From the human T2T-CHM13v2.0 reference genome, Homo sapiens, in the NCBI RefSeq assembly GCF_009914755.1, contig NC_060937.1: DNA of 64,000 nt; one strand, given 5' to 3'. Of this stretch, positions 36,209-53,394 are shown piece by piece. Each line of letters starts with the position of its first letter. Positions within the stretch are counted from its first letter, which is position 1. Made by a program: the position numbers and the translations under genes. The notes under the pieces are model-generated. The model was given only the letters and a program-made list of their open reading frames with translations. It was not told where the DNA came from and did no database searches.

Positions 36209-38876
36209 TGTTGCTGATGAAAAAAACCCAACCCTGTACAACATTTGAAGAGATTTTTTCAGAGCCAAATGTGAGGGCTTTGACCTGTGACACAGCCTCA
36301 GGAGGTCCTAAGAATATGTGCCTAAGGTGGTTGGGTTAAAGTTTGATTTTATATATTTTAGGGGGCAGAAGTTAAAGACAGACATCAATCACTACATGTA
36401 AGGTGTACACTGATTTGGCCCGAAAAGGTGGAACAACATGAAGCAAGTGTTTCCAGATCGTAGGTGGATTCAAAGATTTTCTGATTGGCAATTGGTTGAA
36501 AGAGTTAATTATCTAAAGACCTGGAATCGATGGTGGCTGCGGCCTATTTGAAGCGGCCACTGTGAGGATGCCAGCTGCAGTGGGGGAAGTGTGGCTGGGC
36601 GCTCTGTGGAGCCAGCAGGGGCCGGGAGCAGGAGATCCCAGTGGGAGCCCCATGCCCTACCAAGTTGGCAGGGTGGGAGCCCATGCTCCTGGGTGCAACT
36701 GCAGCTGCCTAGCCATGGCTCTGGACCCAGGGATCCCTGCACTCTCATGGACCTGGGAAAACCCCTGCCCCCACAGGCCTAGAAGTACCTGCTCCTGCTG
36801 CCTGGCCTCTCCCTGCTGTCTGTGCCCACTCCAGTGCAGAGCCAAGTTGTGGCCAAGCCCAGGCACTGTCGTGACCCAGCTAGGTGTGCATACACTTGGG
36901 GTGGCACTGACACACCATCCACCTGCTGCCTCAGCTCCCTCTGGACTTTGGACACCAATCAGCATGGAAAGGAAGCTATGGGGCAGAGGGAGGCTCAGCA
37001 CGGGTTTGAGGGTTCCACTCAGTGCAAAGAGACTGGGCACTGTGGACAGAATGTTGATGGTGGCAGGAGGCAGACAGATTCCTAGGCAGGAAGGGGCAGG
37101 TCCCTGTGAAACCTCACCTTCAGGCCAGGGATGGCCTGAAACCTGGGGTCCAGGCTGCCAGTTCCAGGTTGAGTCTGACCCAGAGTAAGAATTTCACTGA
37201 TGCCTTTTGGCCAATCAGATGGTGCTTTTTCCAGGCCCACCCGTGGTTGCCCATGGATCAATCACACACTTCCTCCATTTTGAGCACATAAAAACCCCAG
37301 ACTCAGCCAAACTTAGAAACTCATCAGGATGACCTGCCTGTGGAAAGGAGCTACCCATTTTGGGTCTCTTGAGAGCTGTTCTCTTGCTTAATAAAATTCC
37401 TCTCTTCCTTGCTCACCCTCCAGTCGTCCATATTACCTCATTCTTCCTGGATGCAGGACAAGAACTTGAAACCTGCCAAATGGTGGGAGTGAAAGTCACT
37501 GTAACTAATTCCTGGCTGGTCAGCTCACCAAGCTGCAGATAGTGACATGCTACTGGACTGCAGGAGTAAAGAGTGGTGACCTTTCTGGGGTCCCAAACCT
37601 CACAGTTCCTCAAGCCAGAGTTGCTGTAGCACTACAGGCCTCCCACACTCCACTGGCTCCAGGCGGCCACCCCACATGATGGGAAGCAGCGGCAGGTCTG
37701 GGCCAGCCCAGGAGCTATGAGCTGGGGTGGGGCAGTGGGAATGAAAGAGGTGCAACACAAACAGGTTGAACCCCCACTGAAACACGCCCCCACCAATTGC
37801 TGCACTGTGGGCAGCAAGAAGGAGAGAAGAGCTGCAGCCTTTCTGGGGGCCCAAATGTCAGGACTCCCTGAGCCTGGGCTATAACATACTGTAACACCCT
37901 CTTTGGGGCTATGAGGTTCCTGACATCTCCAAGCTTTCAGGCGCCACTTTATTCAAAAGTGCCTGTAGCAGAAGGCACTTGCGGTATGACTGGTTCAGCT
38001 GCAGCCTCGCATGGAGCCAGGTTGCTTGTGCCAGTGCCTAGAGCTGCCTGCCGCACTGCAGCTGAAAGGCCTGGCTGTGCACAGTGGCCAGACCCTGTGC
38101 TCACTTACCCACACACCCCTTGCCACTCAACACCTGGCTTGCCCTTGGCAGGTGTGGGATCCAGGCCTTTAGTGCAAGCTGAGCCCAGCCTGCCAAGCCG
38201 AGTGGGTGGAATGAGCCCAGTGGGCACAGACAAAACCCAAGCACAGGTGCCACCAGCCACAGAGGTTTCTGGCTGGCGAAGTGACTCCCAAAGGATCATG
38301 TGACAGAATCAATAGAAAGGAATGTCTGGGTTAAGATAAACTGTTGTGGAGACCAGTGTTCTTATTACACAGGTGAAGTCCCATAGGTGTCTGTCCTTAG
38401 AGGGAATAGATGGCAAATGTTTCCTATTCAGACCTTTAAAAGGTGCTAGACTCTCAGCTAATCTCTTCAGGATGAGAAAGAAAAAGATTGGAAAGGGAAG
38501 GAGATTCACTATAGTATGTAAATTTCCTCCACGAGAGAGCTTTGCAGGGCCATTTCGAAATACGTCAAAGAAATATAATGTTGGGTAAAATTTCTTTCAT
38601 GGTTTGCTATCTGTCATGTAATGCTATACTAGTGTCAATTTGCAATTTGGTATCTTATTGCTATATAGAATATGTTTTGTCAGTCTTAAGATCTCTGTTT
38701 TAATGTTAATGCTGGTCAATTCTGCCTGAATTCCAAAGAGTATAATGAGGCGTGTCCAAACCCCACTTCTCATCATGGCTTGAACTAGTTTTTCAGGTTA
38801 ACTTTGGAATGCCCTTGGCTGAGAGGAGAGGTCCATTCAGTCAACTGGGGACTGAAAATGTTAGTTTTGGTTTACA
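36209..38876 (-). mobile_element. MER4-family ERV1 LTR, split by MER52
   Basis: gacacagcctcaggaggtcct, ttctgattggcaattggttgaaagag; resumes at 38306 and ends ggtttaca. Confidence 0.75.
36528..38305 (+). mobile_element. MER52-like GC-rich ERV1 solo LTR
   Basis: (T/C)GATGGTGGCTGCGGCC start, TGTGACA end, internal CCAAT/ATAAAA/AATAAA; TSD GAAT at 36524-36527 and 38306-38309. Confidence 0.82.
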
Positions 38877-39807
38877 TTGTCACCAACAAGTCCTTTGTCC
38901 AGATTGATACTGAGTTAAAAATAGGGCTACAGGCATTTTAGCAGATCACAATGTAATTGCTGTATAAATCTGTAGGGTTAGACTCTGCCCTAACAGGAAA
39001 ATGTCGTAATCATGAAGAACAGGAGCTATCTTAAAATGTAAAGATATTTATACAAAGTATAATATTATATTTACATGACATGATTGATTTATACTTCATA
39101 TAGAAAGAAATTTTATCATACCTTGTATCTTCTTTTAAAGTTTTTGTAAATCATTTTATTGTCTTAACAGACAGACACACTCCAAATAACACAGTGACTC
39201 ATTGGCCAGAGAAAATCAGTTTGCAATATAAATAATATAAATGTATTTCTATAAATTATTTTTGCTTGTTTATAATTATTTAAATTTGTATTTTAGATTC
39301 TTGCTACCACCCTCTCTGACATATACTATTGTAAAATTGAAAGAAATGTACTCCAGTATAGCAAAAATCCCAAATCAAAACCTATAGTTTTCTTGATCTT
39401 AATGAGCCAATTTATATACAGTCATATCCCAGCTATCTAAAATTGGCTTAGATCCCTGATGTCTGTCTTTCTCATTATCAATATTCTAACTTATCAAAGA
39501 TAATTCAGCATTGCTCAGGTCTTTGAGGCTTGGCTCTACTAGGGAACAAGTAGGGTCACAGTGCAGTTCTTCCAGAATGGTAATTAATAATAAGTAGTAT
39601 TTACATAGGACTTTACATCGTCAAAGGAGTTTGCAAACACTAATTAACCTACATCCTAACCCCTTAAAAGGAAATAAGTAGGAATTAGCATTTGTTTTAT
39701 GAATGGAACACTGATTTGCAATACAGCTGTGAATATGCATGATTTAAAAGGATTACTAACAAGTAATATAATGTCTTTTCTCATGCATTGCAGAAGATTC
39801 TAGAATA

Positions 39808-40006
39808 AGTTTTCTCCACTTCAGTACTATTGACATTTTAGTCTGGATAATTCCTGTTTGTGGGGGTTGTTCTGTTCATTGTAAGATATTTAATAGCATT
39901 GCTGGTCTCTGCTTACTAGATGCTAGTAGCACCACCAGTCTTGACACCCCTGCAGGTGGCAACATCTGGATACTTTTTGATGGTCATCTCCAGTTGTGAA
40001 CCATTG
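39808..40006 (-). mobile_element. MER20 hAT MITE with internal inversion
   Basis: actattgacattttagtctggataattc...actagatgctagtagcacc is reverse MER20; ends gttgtgaaccattg. Confidence 0.8.
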
Positions 40007-40274
40007 TCTGGAAGAAAGAAGGGGTTTAGATCTTTGAGGCTATGAATAATTCTATGTGAATGAATCTTTTATGCTTCAGTGCCTCTTGTGTTTACTGAAT
40101 GTTTCATAAATATATTTGGACTATGCCTACACAGTCTTGTCTCACCCCATTTCTTTTTGAAACTTTTCTTCTTTTGTTATCCATAGTATCACTGTTGTTT
40201 CTCAGAGATTAATACTGACGTGTGTGAAATGATGTCCACTGCTGAAAACCTCTCTGCTTGAGAAAGAAAATGCA

Positions 40275-40445
40275 TGTGTAGCTCTGTGATAAAGAGTATA
40301 GACCCTGGAAATAACGAAACTGGATTTGAAATAGGGTTACTCTACTTGGGCAAGTTATACAACTTCCCATGCCTTAGCTTCCTCTTCTATAAAGTAGTTT
40401 AATAATGGTATCTATTTTATAGAGTTGTTTTTAGGACTAAATGTA
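40275..40445 (+). mobile_element. MIR
   Basis: cttgggcaagttatacaacttccc...cctcttctataaagt MIR core. Confidence 0.7.
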
Positions 40446-41020
40446 CACACATGTGTGTGTATTAGGATGATGTTTAGAATGCTGTGCTGTATAATTAAAT
40501 TTTGTACATGATGCAAGAAGGAAAAATAATAGATGCAGAGGTGATGTGATATATAGTAATAAAAGGAGGTGCATTAGAGAAAAAATGCATTTGTCCTTTC
40601 TTGACTTGCTATGCTTTACCCTTTCAAAATCCGACTATATCCTGTTTCCTCTATTAAAATGCCTTCTTTGAGTACATACCATGGCAGTCCTCAAACTTCT
40701 AAAATCTATTCATCTCTAAAGTCACAGATCATATGCCATTTTTGGTTCTTTTCTTTTCATGAAAGAAAGCAAATGTTTGCAGCTGAGTAGTTTTCTGAGA
40801 CTGCTTCCCACCAGTAGAATTTTTATGGTCCCTCAGACTCCTTTTATTTCATAGTCTCTCTGTTCCTTGTACTCCAAGCTGGTAGTGTTTATGCTAAAAT
40901 AATTTTCTCAACAATATTGACTCCTGAAGATTTTAATTGAGCTTGTTCCACTAAACAAAAGCTACACAATAGATCAGCGCAATATAAGTCTTCCTCTACT
41001 TCATCTTCCTGCTGAGATGG

Positions 41021-41397
41021 TGTATTAATCTGTTCTCATACTGCTAATAAAGACATACCCAAAACTGGGTATTTATTTTTAAGAGGTTTGATTGACTCAC
41101 AGTTCTGCAGGGCTGGGGAGGCATCAGGAAACTTACAATCATGGAGGAAGGGGAAGAAAACACGTCCTTCTTCACATGGCAGCAGGAAGAAGGAGTGCCA
41201 AGCAAAAGGGGAAAAAGCCCCTTATAAAACCATCAGATCTTGTGAGAACTCACTCACTCACTATCATGAAAACAGCATGAGGGTAACCACCCCTATGATT
41301 AAATTACCTCCCACCGGGTCCCTCCCATGACATACGGGAATTATGGGAACTACAATTCAAGTTGAAATTTGGGTGGGGACACAACAAAACCATATCA
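41021..41397 (-). mobile_element. THE1C/D-like solo LTR
   Basis: TGTATTAATC...CCATATCA termini; TSD GATGG at 41016-41020 and 41398-41402. Confidence 0.9.
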
Positions 41398-44300
41398 GAT
41401 GGCTTAAAGACAACATACTTAACTTTCCTACAGGCCCCATAGCTTGCTTGTGAAAATCTAAGAGGATCTCTTGAAAGGACTCTGTGAAATTGAATAATCT
41501 GATCTTTAGGTATATCTGAGGTTAGAGCAAAGTTTGCACGATCATACCTTTGGAATTTTCTGCATACTGTATTTTTGGAAGCAATTTCTTAATTTCAGCA
41601 GTTTTTGCTTTCTGGAGATGCTGGGAATTTTCAATATCATCAACTTGCAGTTCTTTTTTGTTTAAAAGACAAAAACAGATTTGTTTAAATCTTACCGTAT
41701 TTTATAAGCAACAAGAAACCAGCACTTTGCTTGAAAATCTCTTTGGCTCTATAACTGAGTTGGTCACCTACAAGTTCTGATTTTTACATAATTACAGGAG
41801 ACAATTTGCTTAAGGATTTTACCACTATATGACAATGATCCCTCTTCCCCCACTTTCCAATAATATGTTCCTTGCTTCCTTTTGAGACTTCACTGGCAGT
41901 GACCTTGAAATCCAGACTTCTAATAATAGTATGCTCGGTAACTTACCCTTCTTGTGTTATACACCTCAACATTCCTTCTGACTCTACCGTTTACTCTTTT
42001 CCTAAGTCACTTTTTAGGTATTTGTTAAGCAGCACCCTACTTCTGGGACTAAAAATCTACGTTAGTTTTCTATTATTGCTTTCTCTTCTGAAGGTTAAAC
42101 TAGGGAACTATCACTTCCCTACTCTCATGATTGTTGCCTGAACTCAGTTCTTGGAGGCCGTGAGATCCATGTTCTGTCACGTCTTCAAAGCCAGCAAGAA
42201 GTGAGAAGAAGGTTACACCCAGCTAAGTCCCCAGACATAATAGAACCATGTAAGACATTCCTGCTGTGAACAAACTTAATACCTGACCATAATTAAAATG
42301 GCTTTTTATACCACTAAGTTTTGGATCAACTTGCTGTGTAATAACAGTAACTGGAACGATATTCATAAGTCCAATTTTTGTTTCTTTAATAAGTAAACTC
42401 AGTGGAATTCTCTTTAAATAAATTATGAAAGTAGCCATGCTTTGTTGAAAAAATTTTAAAATAGCATACTATATCCTCTTGCATATTTAAATATATGCTA
42501 AAAATTAACTGTATGTTTCAGCACCAAGAATATATTAAAATACTTTAATTTTCTGATTTTTAATTTTCTCAAATTGGACTTCCAAAAAGTCAAGTGGACT
42601 AGATTTTTGAAAAACATCATGGTTTTTCTCTAAGTGGCTAGAAAAAGAGAATGTTTGGAGTTCTTTGTAAACACAACTCTACAAATAAATACATTGAGGT
42701 TATGAATGGTGTTCTATTACTAACAAGTAAAAGGTAAACTGGATATGATTACCAATATAGTTTCTCCTTTGTCTAACATTGCTTTTGGAAGTGCTAGGAA
42801 AAATTTGATATGATATATAGGAATTTTGATCAGGTGAATACAATTTATTAATCTGGTGACAATTATCTTGATATGTATTTGTAATATTATTATGCACATG
42901 CTCTTCATTAACTTGTGTTATCTTAATGTACCTTATTTTTCCTTCTTTTATTAAATGTATATTATGAGACAAATTAAGTTGTTTATGATTAGGAATAAAA
43001 ACAATTCAAAACTGAATAATGGCCATAACCTCTGTGTCAGCATGGGATGTTCAGCTGAATGATGATATGATTCAGTAAATGAGTCATTCGCCACTTGTCA
43101 GCCTCAACTATTACAAGTGCTTACTGAATTTCTACTCAGAGGCTTTCAAATTACTCAATTTTAAAGGAAACATTAGTTATGTATCAATTTAGGTAAAAAG
43201 CCAAAGATATTAAAACCATTACTAACTTTATATGGAAACTTCTTTGTACACCCTTGAGGTTCCCAAACTATCTGTTGGAAAATGATGCTCTACCCCAAAG
43301 CCAGACACACTATAAATAGCTTGTTGTCACTTAAGACTAAATTACATAACTCACAGAATGCTCTACAGCTATTACCAATACCAACTTTCCAGCAGAAAGG
43401 AAATAATTAACAGAATGAAATGGAAAAAAAATCAGTACACTTCTTTCAGTAATTTAGTTTCAGAAACCCCAAAAGTCTTGCTCCAATAATTGTAGAAACC
43501 ACTGTTAGAGTCATAAGGAAAAGAATGTACCTTATTCCCTTAAATAATATAAAGTACGAATTTCAGGAATTCATAGTGCTGAATGATATTTTTGTCCTTA
43601 AATACTAAGATATATATTTTGTAAGAATTTGAAGACTCATGTTAGTCACTGAATTCAATTTCCTTTTAGATCTTGCAAGGGTACACCTTAAATCTAACAG
43701 TAGCTGCCAGATGTCTATCTATTCCTTAATCAGCAAGTAGAAAAATCTAAGAAATGTTAGTGCTCTTCACTAAGAGCATCAAAAGCTTTGGCCATTTTAC
43801 CATCATTATTTCAAACTGGGTAATTAAATTCCAGCTCATCAAGATTCTCAAGAATTCATGATTTTCGTTTCATTTATTTATCTTATCCCATAACAGAAAG
43901 CATGTTAACACTAATATAGAAACAACACTTACTATTATTTGAGCAACAATCCTCTGCCAGAGTTACGTAAGTAAGGCTTGGCTTTTCATCACTAGGCAAT
44001 GCTGCTCCTGAATTTTTATACACAATCTATCTACAAAAGGGAGAGAATTCCATCTAGTTGTATTGTTGGGAAAAGGACATGATTATTTGTCTTGAAGGTG
44101 CATTTGTTTAGGAAGTGGTTTGTTCATACATATACTGATGTTAGAGATTAGTGAAAGTATCAAATCTATGAAAGACATTTTATTTACATAAGATAGAAGA
44201 ATCTCATATATCCAAACCAAAGGTTGATGGAAATGAAGAGCCGTTCCTTGGAAAAACCATGACTTGAAAAAGCCATTGCTAGATGCATGTATACAGATTC

Positions 44301-44398
44301 CCTCACCTCCCCAGGATCACTCTATCAGCTGGCCACCCAGTCCCATCTCCCAAACCAACCACGGATACTAGCTTAAGATCTCACCATAAAAATAAAAG

Positions 44399-44670
44399 GT
44401 CAGGCGGCTGAGGCAGAAGGATTGCTGAAGGTCAGGAAGTTGAGATAGCCTAGACAACATAGCTAGATCCCATCTCTACAAAACATTTTTTTGAAAAGTT
44501 ATAAGGGCATGCTGGCATGTGCCTGTAGTTCCAGCTACTCGGGAGGCTGAGGTAGGAGGATCGTTTGTGCCCAGGAGGTTGAGGCTTTAGTGAGCCATGA
44601 TTTCACCACTGCACTCCAGCCTGGAGGACAGACCAAGACCCCCATCTCAAGTAGGCAGGTAAATAAATAA
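44399..44670 (+). mobile_element. AluJ, 5'-truncated
   Basis: AluJ-type ggaggatcgtttgtgcccaggaggttgaggct and gtgagccatgat. Confidence 0.8.
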
Positions 44671-47600
44671 ATATAAAAGGTGCATTCATAAATTAATTCA
44701 AGGTTGCCAGTAAATGGTTCTTGGATGTACCACAATGTTAAAGTTGGAAAGGACCTCAGAGATCCTCACATTTATGTCCTACTGAACTACCAAGGACCAG
44801 GAGGTTACATGCCTTTTAATGGGTTAGATTTAGGGAAGGGTGATGTCGGAAGAAGGTAGATGTCCCAGACCTCTTCTTGCTCCACCCCCACCAATGCTGA
44901 CTTAATGATATTTTATATGTGGTTCAACATTTCATGTAGTTTAATATGTTTTATGTTACACATATTAATTACTTCTATGGGTTTAAGTTTCCAATAGCAC
45001 ATAGATTTTTTTTCTTTTATATCTAGTTCCTAAGTTCTGTCAGCTAATTTCTGAGTTTTTCCAGTTCTGAAATAAAATGTTGTTCTTTCACATCTTGTAT
45101 TTAAAAAAAAATCTTTCAGATGTTTTGAAGCTACAGGTTACAATTTTGATCTGCTTTAGGGGCTTTTCTTTCTTATGTGAGTTCATTCTCTGTGGAAATG
45201 GATTCTTTCAATCACACTATTTTCTTCTTCTTTGTGTAAATTTAGCCCCCATTATCATTTGGTTCCTCGTTGTTAGGTTAGTTTAGCTTCACTGAACATC
45301 TAGAAGAAAATGTAGTTAATAGTAATTTTTCTAATGTCACAGAATTCCTACTTCTGTTGCTTTTCAGAACCATAATGGTTTGCTTCCTAAAATGTTGGCT
45401 GCTTCCTCTTCACCTTCATGTGGACCTTCTATTTCCTTTGTCTTTCTGTTGCCCCTATTTTGCTCACCTTTTATTCCATTCCCACCAGTGTTTCTTCATT
45501 ATGAGGTCCTGAGCTGGAAAGCATCAATGGTGGCTCAGTTCTGAGAATTCACAGTTACTAGGCCCTTCAGATTTACCTAGGGCTCCTTTCCCTCACCTGC
45601 TATTCCACTGGACAAAATCCCTCTTAGTTTCAGGTGCTGCTCTCAGTCTTGCCCACTGTGCTTTCCAGTAAATCCTTGCTAAGGAGTTTCTGCTTTTCTC
45701 AGGTCCCTCTGTTTTCTTCACACACATATGAATGTCATGCAAGTATTATGGCTCACCTGTCTGTTTTCATCTATTCATCACTTAGTCCTATTGTAAATGT
45801 TGTTCATGGGTTTTTGATTGCTATGCAGTTGTGTTTCATTCATGTGTGGGAATTTATAGGGATTCAAAAACTGTGATGCCACTGCCACCATCATCCTAAA
45901 ATCCCAAAAGCTACCGGCTTTTTTTTTTTTGTAGCATTATCTCTTCTAAGAAGTCTCCAATTTTTATTTAAATTATTTTTGTTCTTATTGCTTAAAAAAG
46001 AATGCTTTTGAATTTCATATACCAATTTTTTTATTGCTGCATTTAGTCTATTAATACAGCTACATGCCATAATATATATATAATATTGTATTATCCTCAC
46101 ATTTCTTAAAATATTGAAAATATTTTCTTGCTCCTCTTACTGCAATATTAATTTAAATGCATTATTGGGATGTTTTATCTATGTAACTATACAATCAATA
46201 GTTGTTTCAAATATTTATTTAAATAATTTTTTGAAGTACAATTTACTCAGAGTAAAATGAGCACATCACATGTTTAAGAGTCTCAGAGTAGGTATATCAC
46301 TTTAAAAATTACCAGTTTTCCAAAGTGGCACCATTGCATGTTCCCACTAGCAACATATGAAAGTTCTGGTCACTCCACATTCTATGCTATTTTTGATAGA
46401 GGGTGATATCAAGATTACTAAGCCCTAAGAAATGATTTTGGAAGGCTTCCATGTTTTTTCTATGCTCCAAAATTTTTCAAATATCAAAGGAAGCATGTGT
46501 TCCATCAAAGGCAACGTCCCCATGATGTCTATCAGTCAGAATCACTAATGCTTATTTGGTTCATCTAGCTGACTAGTTGGGTGGATTATCTTCTTCCTTC
46601 AATGTTCACTCCAAATACATAACTTCAGAACATGGTTATCGTTTCTTCCCGGTGAACGCTATGTAAGTGCCTGTGTTCCTATAGTGGAACACCCAACAAG
46701 CTCTTTAACATTTATGGGGTGTTATCAATGAAGAGGTCAAAGACTTTGTTAGAACATTATATGTGTAATTTTAAGAGTGAAAAGCCAGAAAGTGAAACTA
46801 GAAGTTTAGACAATTCTTAGAAATGCTTGCATGTGAAAAGAAACATCAGCCAGAAAATACATGGTTTTGAAATGCTGAGGGAAATAGCCTCCAAAGACGG
46901 AGAATCAGACAGAGAAGGAAACATGAATTTTTCTCTTTCCTCTCTTTATCCACTAAAATGGAAACTCAACGAAGACAGGAATTTCTGCCCACTTTCATTA
47001 CTGCTGTTTGTCCAGAACTAGGACAAAGCCTAGAATTCAAGAGGCACTCATGTTTGTGAATCATTAAATAACAGAACGCAAGGTGGGGACTCAGTCAATA
47101 AATACTGGGGAAGAAGATAACTTTTGAAGCTGATGGATAAGTTTATGACCTGAATGTGGTGGTCTCAAAAGGTGTATACTTACCTCCAAACTCATCAAGT
47201 TGTATGCTTCAAATATGTACTGCTTTTTGTATGTTTATCATACTTTAAGTGGTCTAATAAACAAAAAAAAAATGAAATTAAAAAAAAGCCTTACACGAGA
47301 GGCTAAAATATCTTGCTTACAATTCTTCATGCATTTATCTTGAGCACACTACATATTCCGTAGTGTGGCATTTCAGACCTTTCAAAATCTACCCTAGCCT
47401 ACTTTCACCTATCTCTCTCCCTCACCCCTAAATCTCAATGCTTTACAAGTATTTCCACACACTTTTGTATCCCCTATGGCTTTATTTATAATCTCTCCTC
47501 CGCCAGGAAAAACCTTCCATACCACTATGCCTGATGAAATTCGACCCATTTTCCCTCAGTTACTCACTTACTAACCTGGGTGTGGGTAAGAATAGCAGGT

Positions 47601-48384
47601 AAAATCTAGAGTCCTTAGTATGTGCGGGGGAGCTATGGTTCTGTCCTCAAACATTCTGATAAGACAGGTGTCATTTGCATTTGAAACTTGAGAAACTAAG
47701 TTTCAAAGAAGTTGTGATTGCTCAAAATAACAGATAATTGGTGGCTGAACTGTAATTGAGCCCAGAATGACTTGATTCTAAAGTTTGTGCTCTTTCCCCT
47801 ACACCATATGACTTTCCAGGACAATCCATCATTCCTTTAACTGGGAATACACTTACCTTTTGTATTCCAATTATCTTTATCTGTCAATACACTGTGAGTT
47901 CTTTGAGGGCAGGGATTGCTTTATCCCCCTTTTTACCCAAAGGGCTACTAATGAGAGTAAGAACTTATTCTACTGAATGAAAGTGAATTGTAGTGTTGTT
48001 TACAGGATAAATTCTAGGGCTCAAATAATTCCATGTTAGACATTTTAAACACAATGTATTTTCCCAAAAGTGAGAATTCCAAGGGGCCAAAGGAGCCCTG
48101 TTCACATAGATCCCAGGTCAAGCACACGAGTATAATGCAGCTACTCTAGCCACCTGACTTTCAAAGAAGTTGCCGTCAGCCTGAAATGAACTCCTTGAGG
48201 ACACTTCTAAATCATCAGATATATGGAATAGGGTGGAGCAGCTCTTGGTAAATCTGCTGTCCTGTTTTCCGGCAAGAAACCATAGCCTTGGAGAATTAAG
48301 AACCAAGTGTGTTTTTCAGTTGGCTTCAGAATATTTATCCTGTAAATAGTTGACCTAGTGCCTTTATTCATGTATTTTATTCTA

Positions 48385-48606
<222 letters not shown>

Positions 48607-48850
48607 TCAATGAAATATTGCACAACAATTTAAAATGATGGAGCTATATTTTAGAGAATTGTAAATATTTTCAAAATTCATTGAGAAAAGCTGATTAAAT
48701 GAAACACATACTTTGCTTTATACATATGTGTTACACTAAATATTTATTTTGTACTTTTCTTAAGTTTAAAATTTTAAATACAGCTCATGGGTAATGTGAA
48801 ATACAAAGACTCTTAAAGAGGAAGTAGATTGGCACCAGTCAAAAATTTTA

Positions 48851-49501
<651 letters not shown>

Positions 49502-49564
49502 CTATTATGAATTGTTTTAAAAAGAATAGAACATAAGAAATTATTTTAATAGTGCATTAAATAT

Positions 49565-49570
49565 TTTATT
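49565..49570 (-). terminator. LIG4: LIG4 polyadenylation signal AATAAA (cleavage expected near 49544)
   Basis: TTTATT on + about 1.07 kb beyond the stop codon, followed by U-rich sequence on the minus strand. Confidence 0.7.
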
Positions 49571-50634
49571 TAAATTAAGAAGTATAACAAAATCACATAC
49601 ATTTGTTCCACGGTTTGAATAAAATTTCCAATAACTTTCAAATAATGCACACATAGTATCGCATGGATCAAATTCCGTACATTTCAATATGGTCATGAGA
49701 TAGGCTGTATTCCAAAATTTGGTATATAAATCCATACATAATATATACTATATACATTGACTTTAAATAATCTAACTATGTCATTTTTAAAAGTCAAAGC
49801 AACTTATTTCTAATGAAAGTTACAATATGCATGCCATATTGACACCTATTCAATAGATAAAATCTAGGAAAATCTTTTTTGTGAATACTATTTATACTGG
49901 AATGCAAATTCACATAAAAATACTTCCTTTAAAGCATGTTCTATTTCACACAAGAAATTAAATGTGAGCTACTTTTAAAATTGCAAGCTTTATTTTTAAT
50001 CAAACCAATTCAATTTTAAGTTTTTAGATCATTAAGTCTCATACAACTTCCTCTAATTTAGCTAAAACCATCGACAGGGTTTTATTGTTACATTTGGCCT
50101 TAACCTTAAAAAACAAATTTGTTTACATTTCATATTTAAATGGGACATTTTAAACCCTGAGTAAAAAGACATATTTTTACAAGTCCAGCTGTAACAATTC
50201 TACCCTATTTTCTTGCAGTGCTTTTATTAGATAAAAACTATTGTTAACGTTTTGACTTTTTAGAATATACTGTTTAGAAGGTTAATGCTTTTTCATGACT
50301 TTAAAAGTTTCTAAATGTATTTTATTAGTATCTAAGTAAAAATTCTAGATTTCTATATGGATATTATAAAAACACCTCTTCTTTAGACTGTTTATTTCAC
50401 CTTGATCATAAAAAATCATTGAATACTACATTCAAGATAATTTTTCTTTCTTGGCTTTGGGCTATTGTCTTTTCAACCTTAAAAGTTAAAATTATTGTTT
50501 TCCTATATGTAATGATACTTTTTAGGCATAGATTTTTAAGATACAAAAATAAAATGTAGTTTAGTATTTTATCATTACCACCTGCTGCAATGAGTCTGCC
50601 AGATCAGAGGCTTTCCTCACTAGGAAACCTAGCT

Positions 50635-53394
<2,760 letters not shown>

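Noticed and set aside
36509-38303. ORFs of 60-208 aa
   Set aside because: Inside the GC-rich MER52 LTR; no gag/pol/env similarity seen
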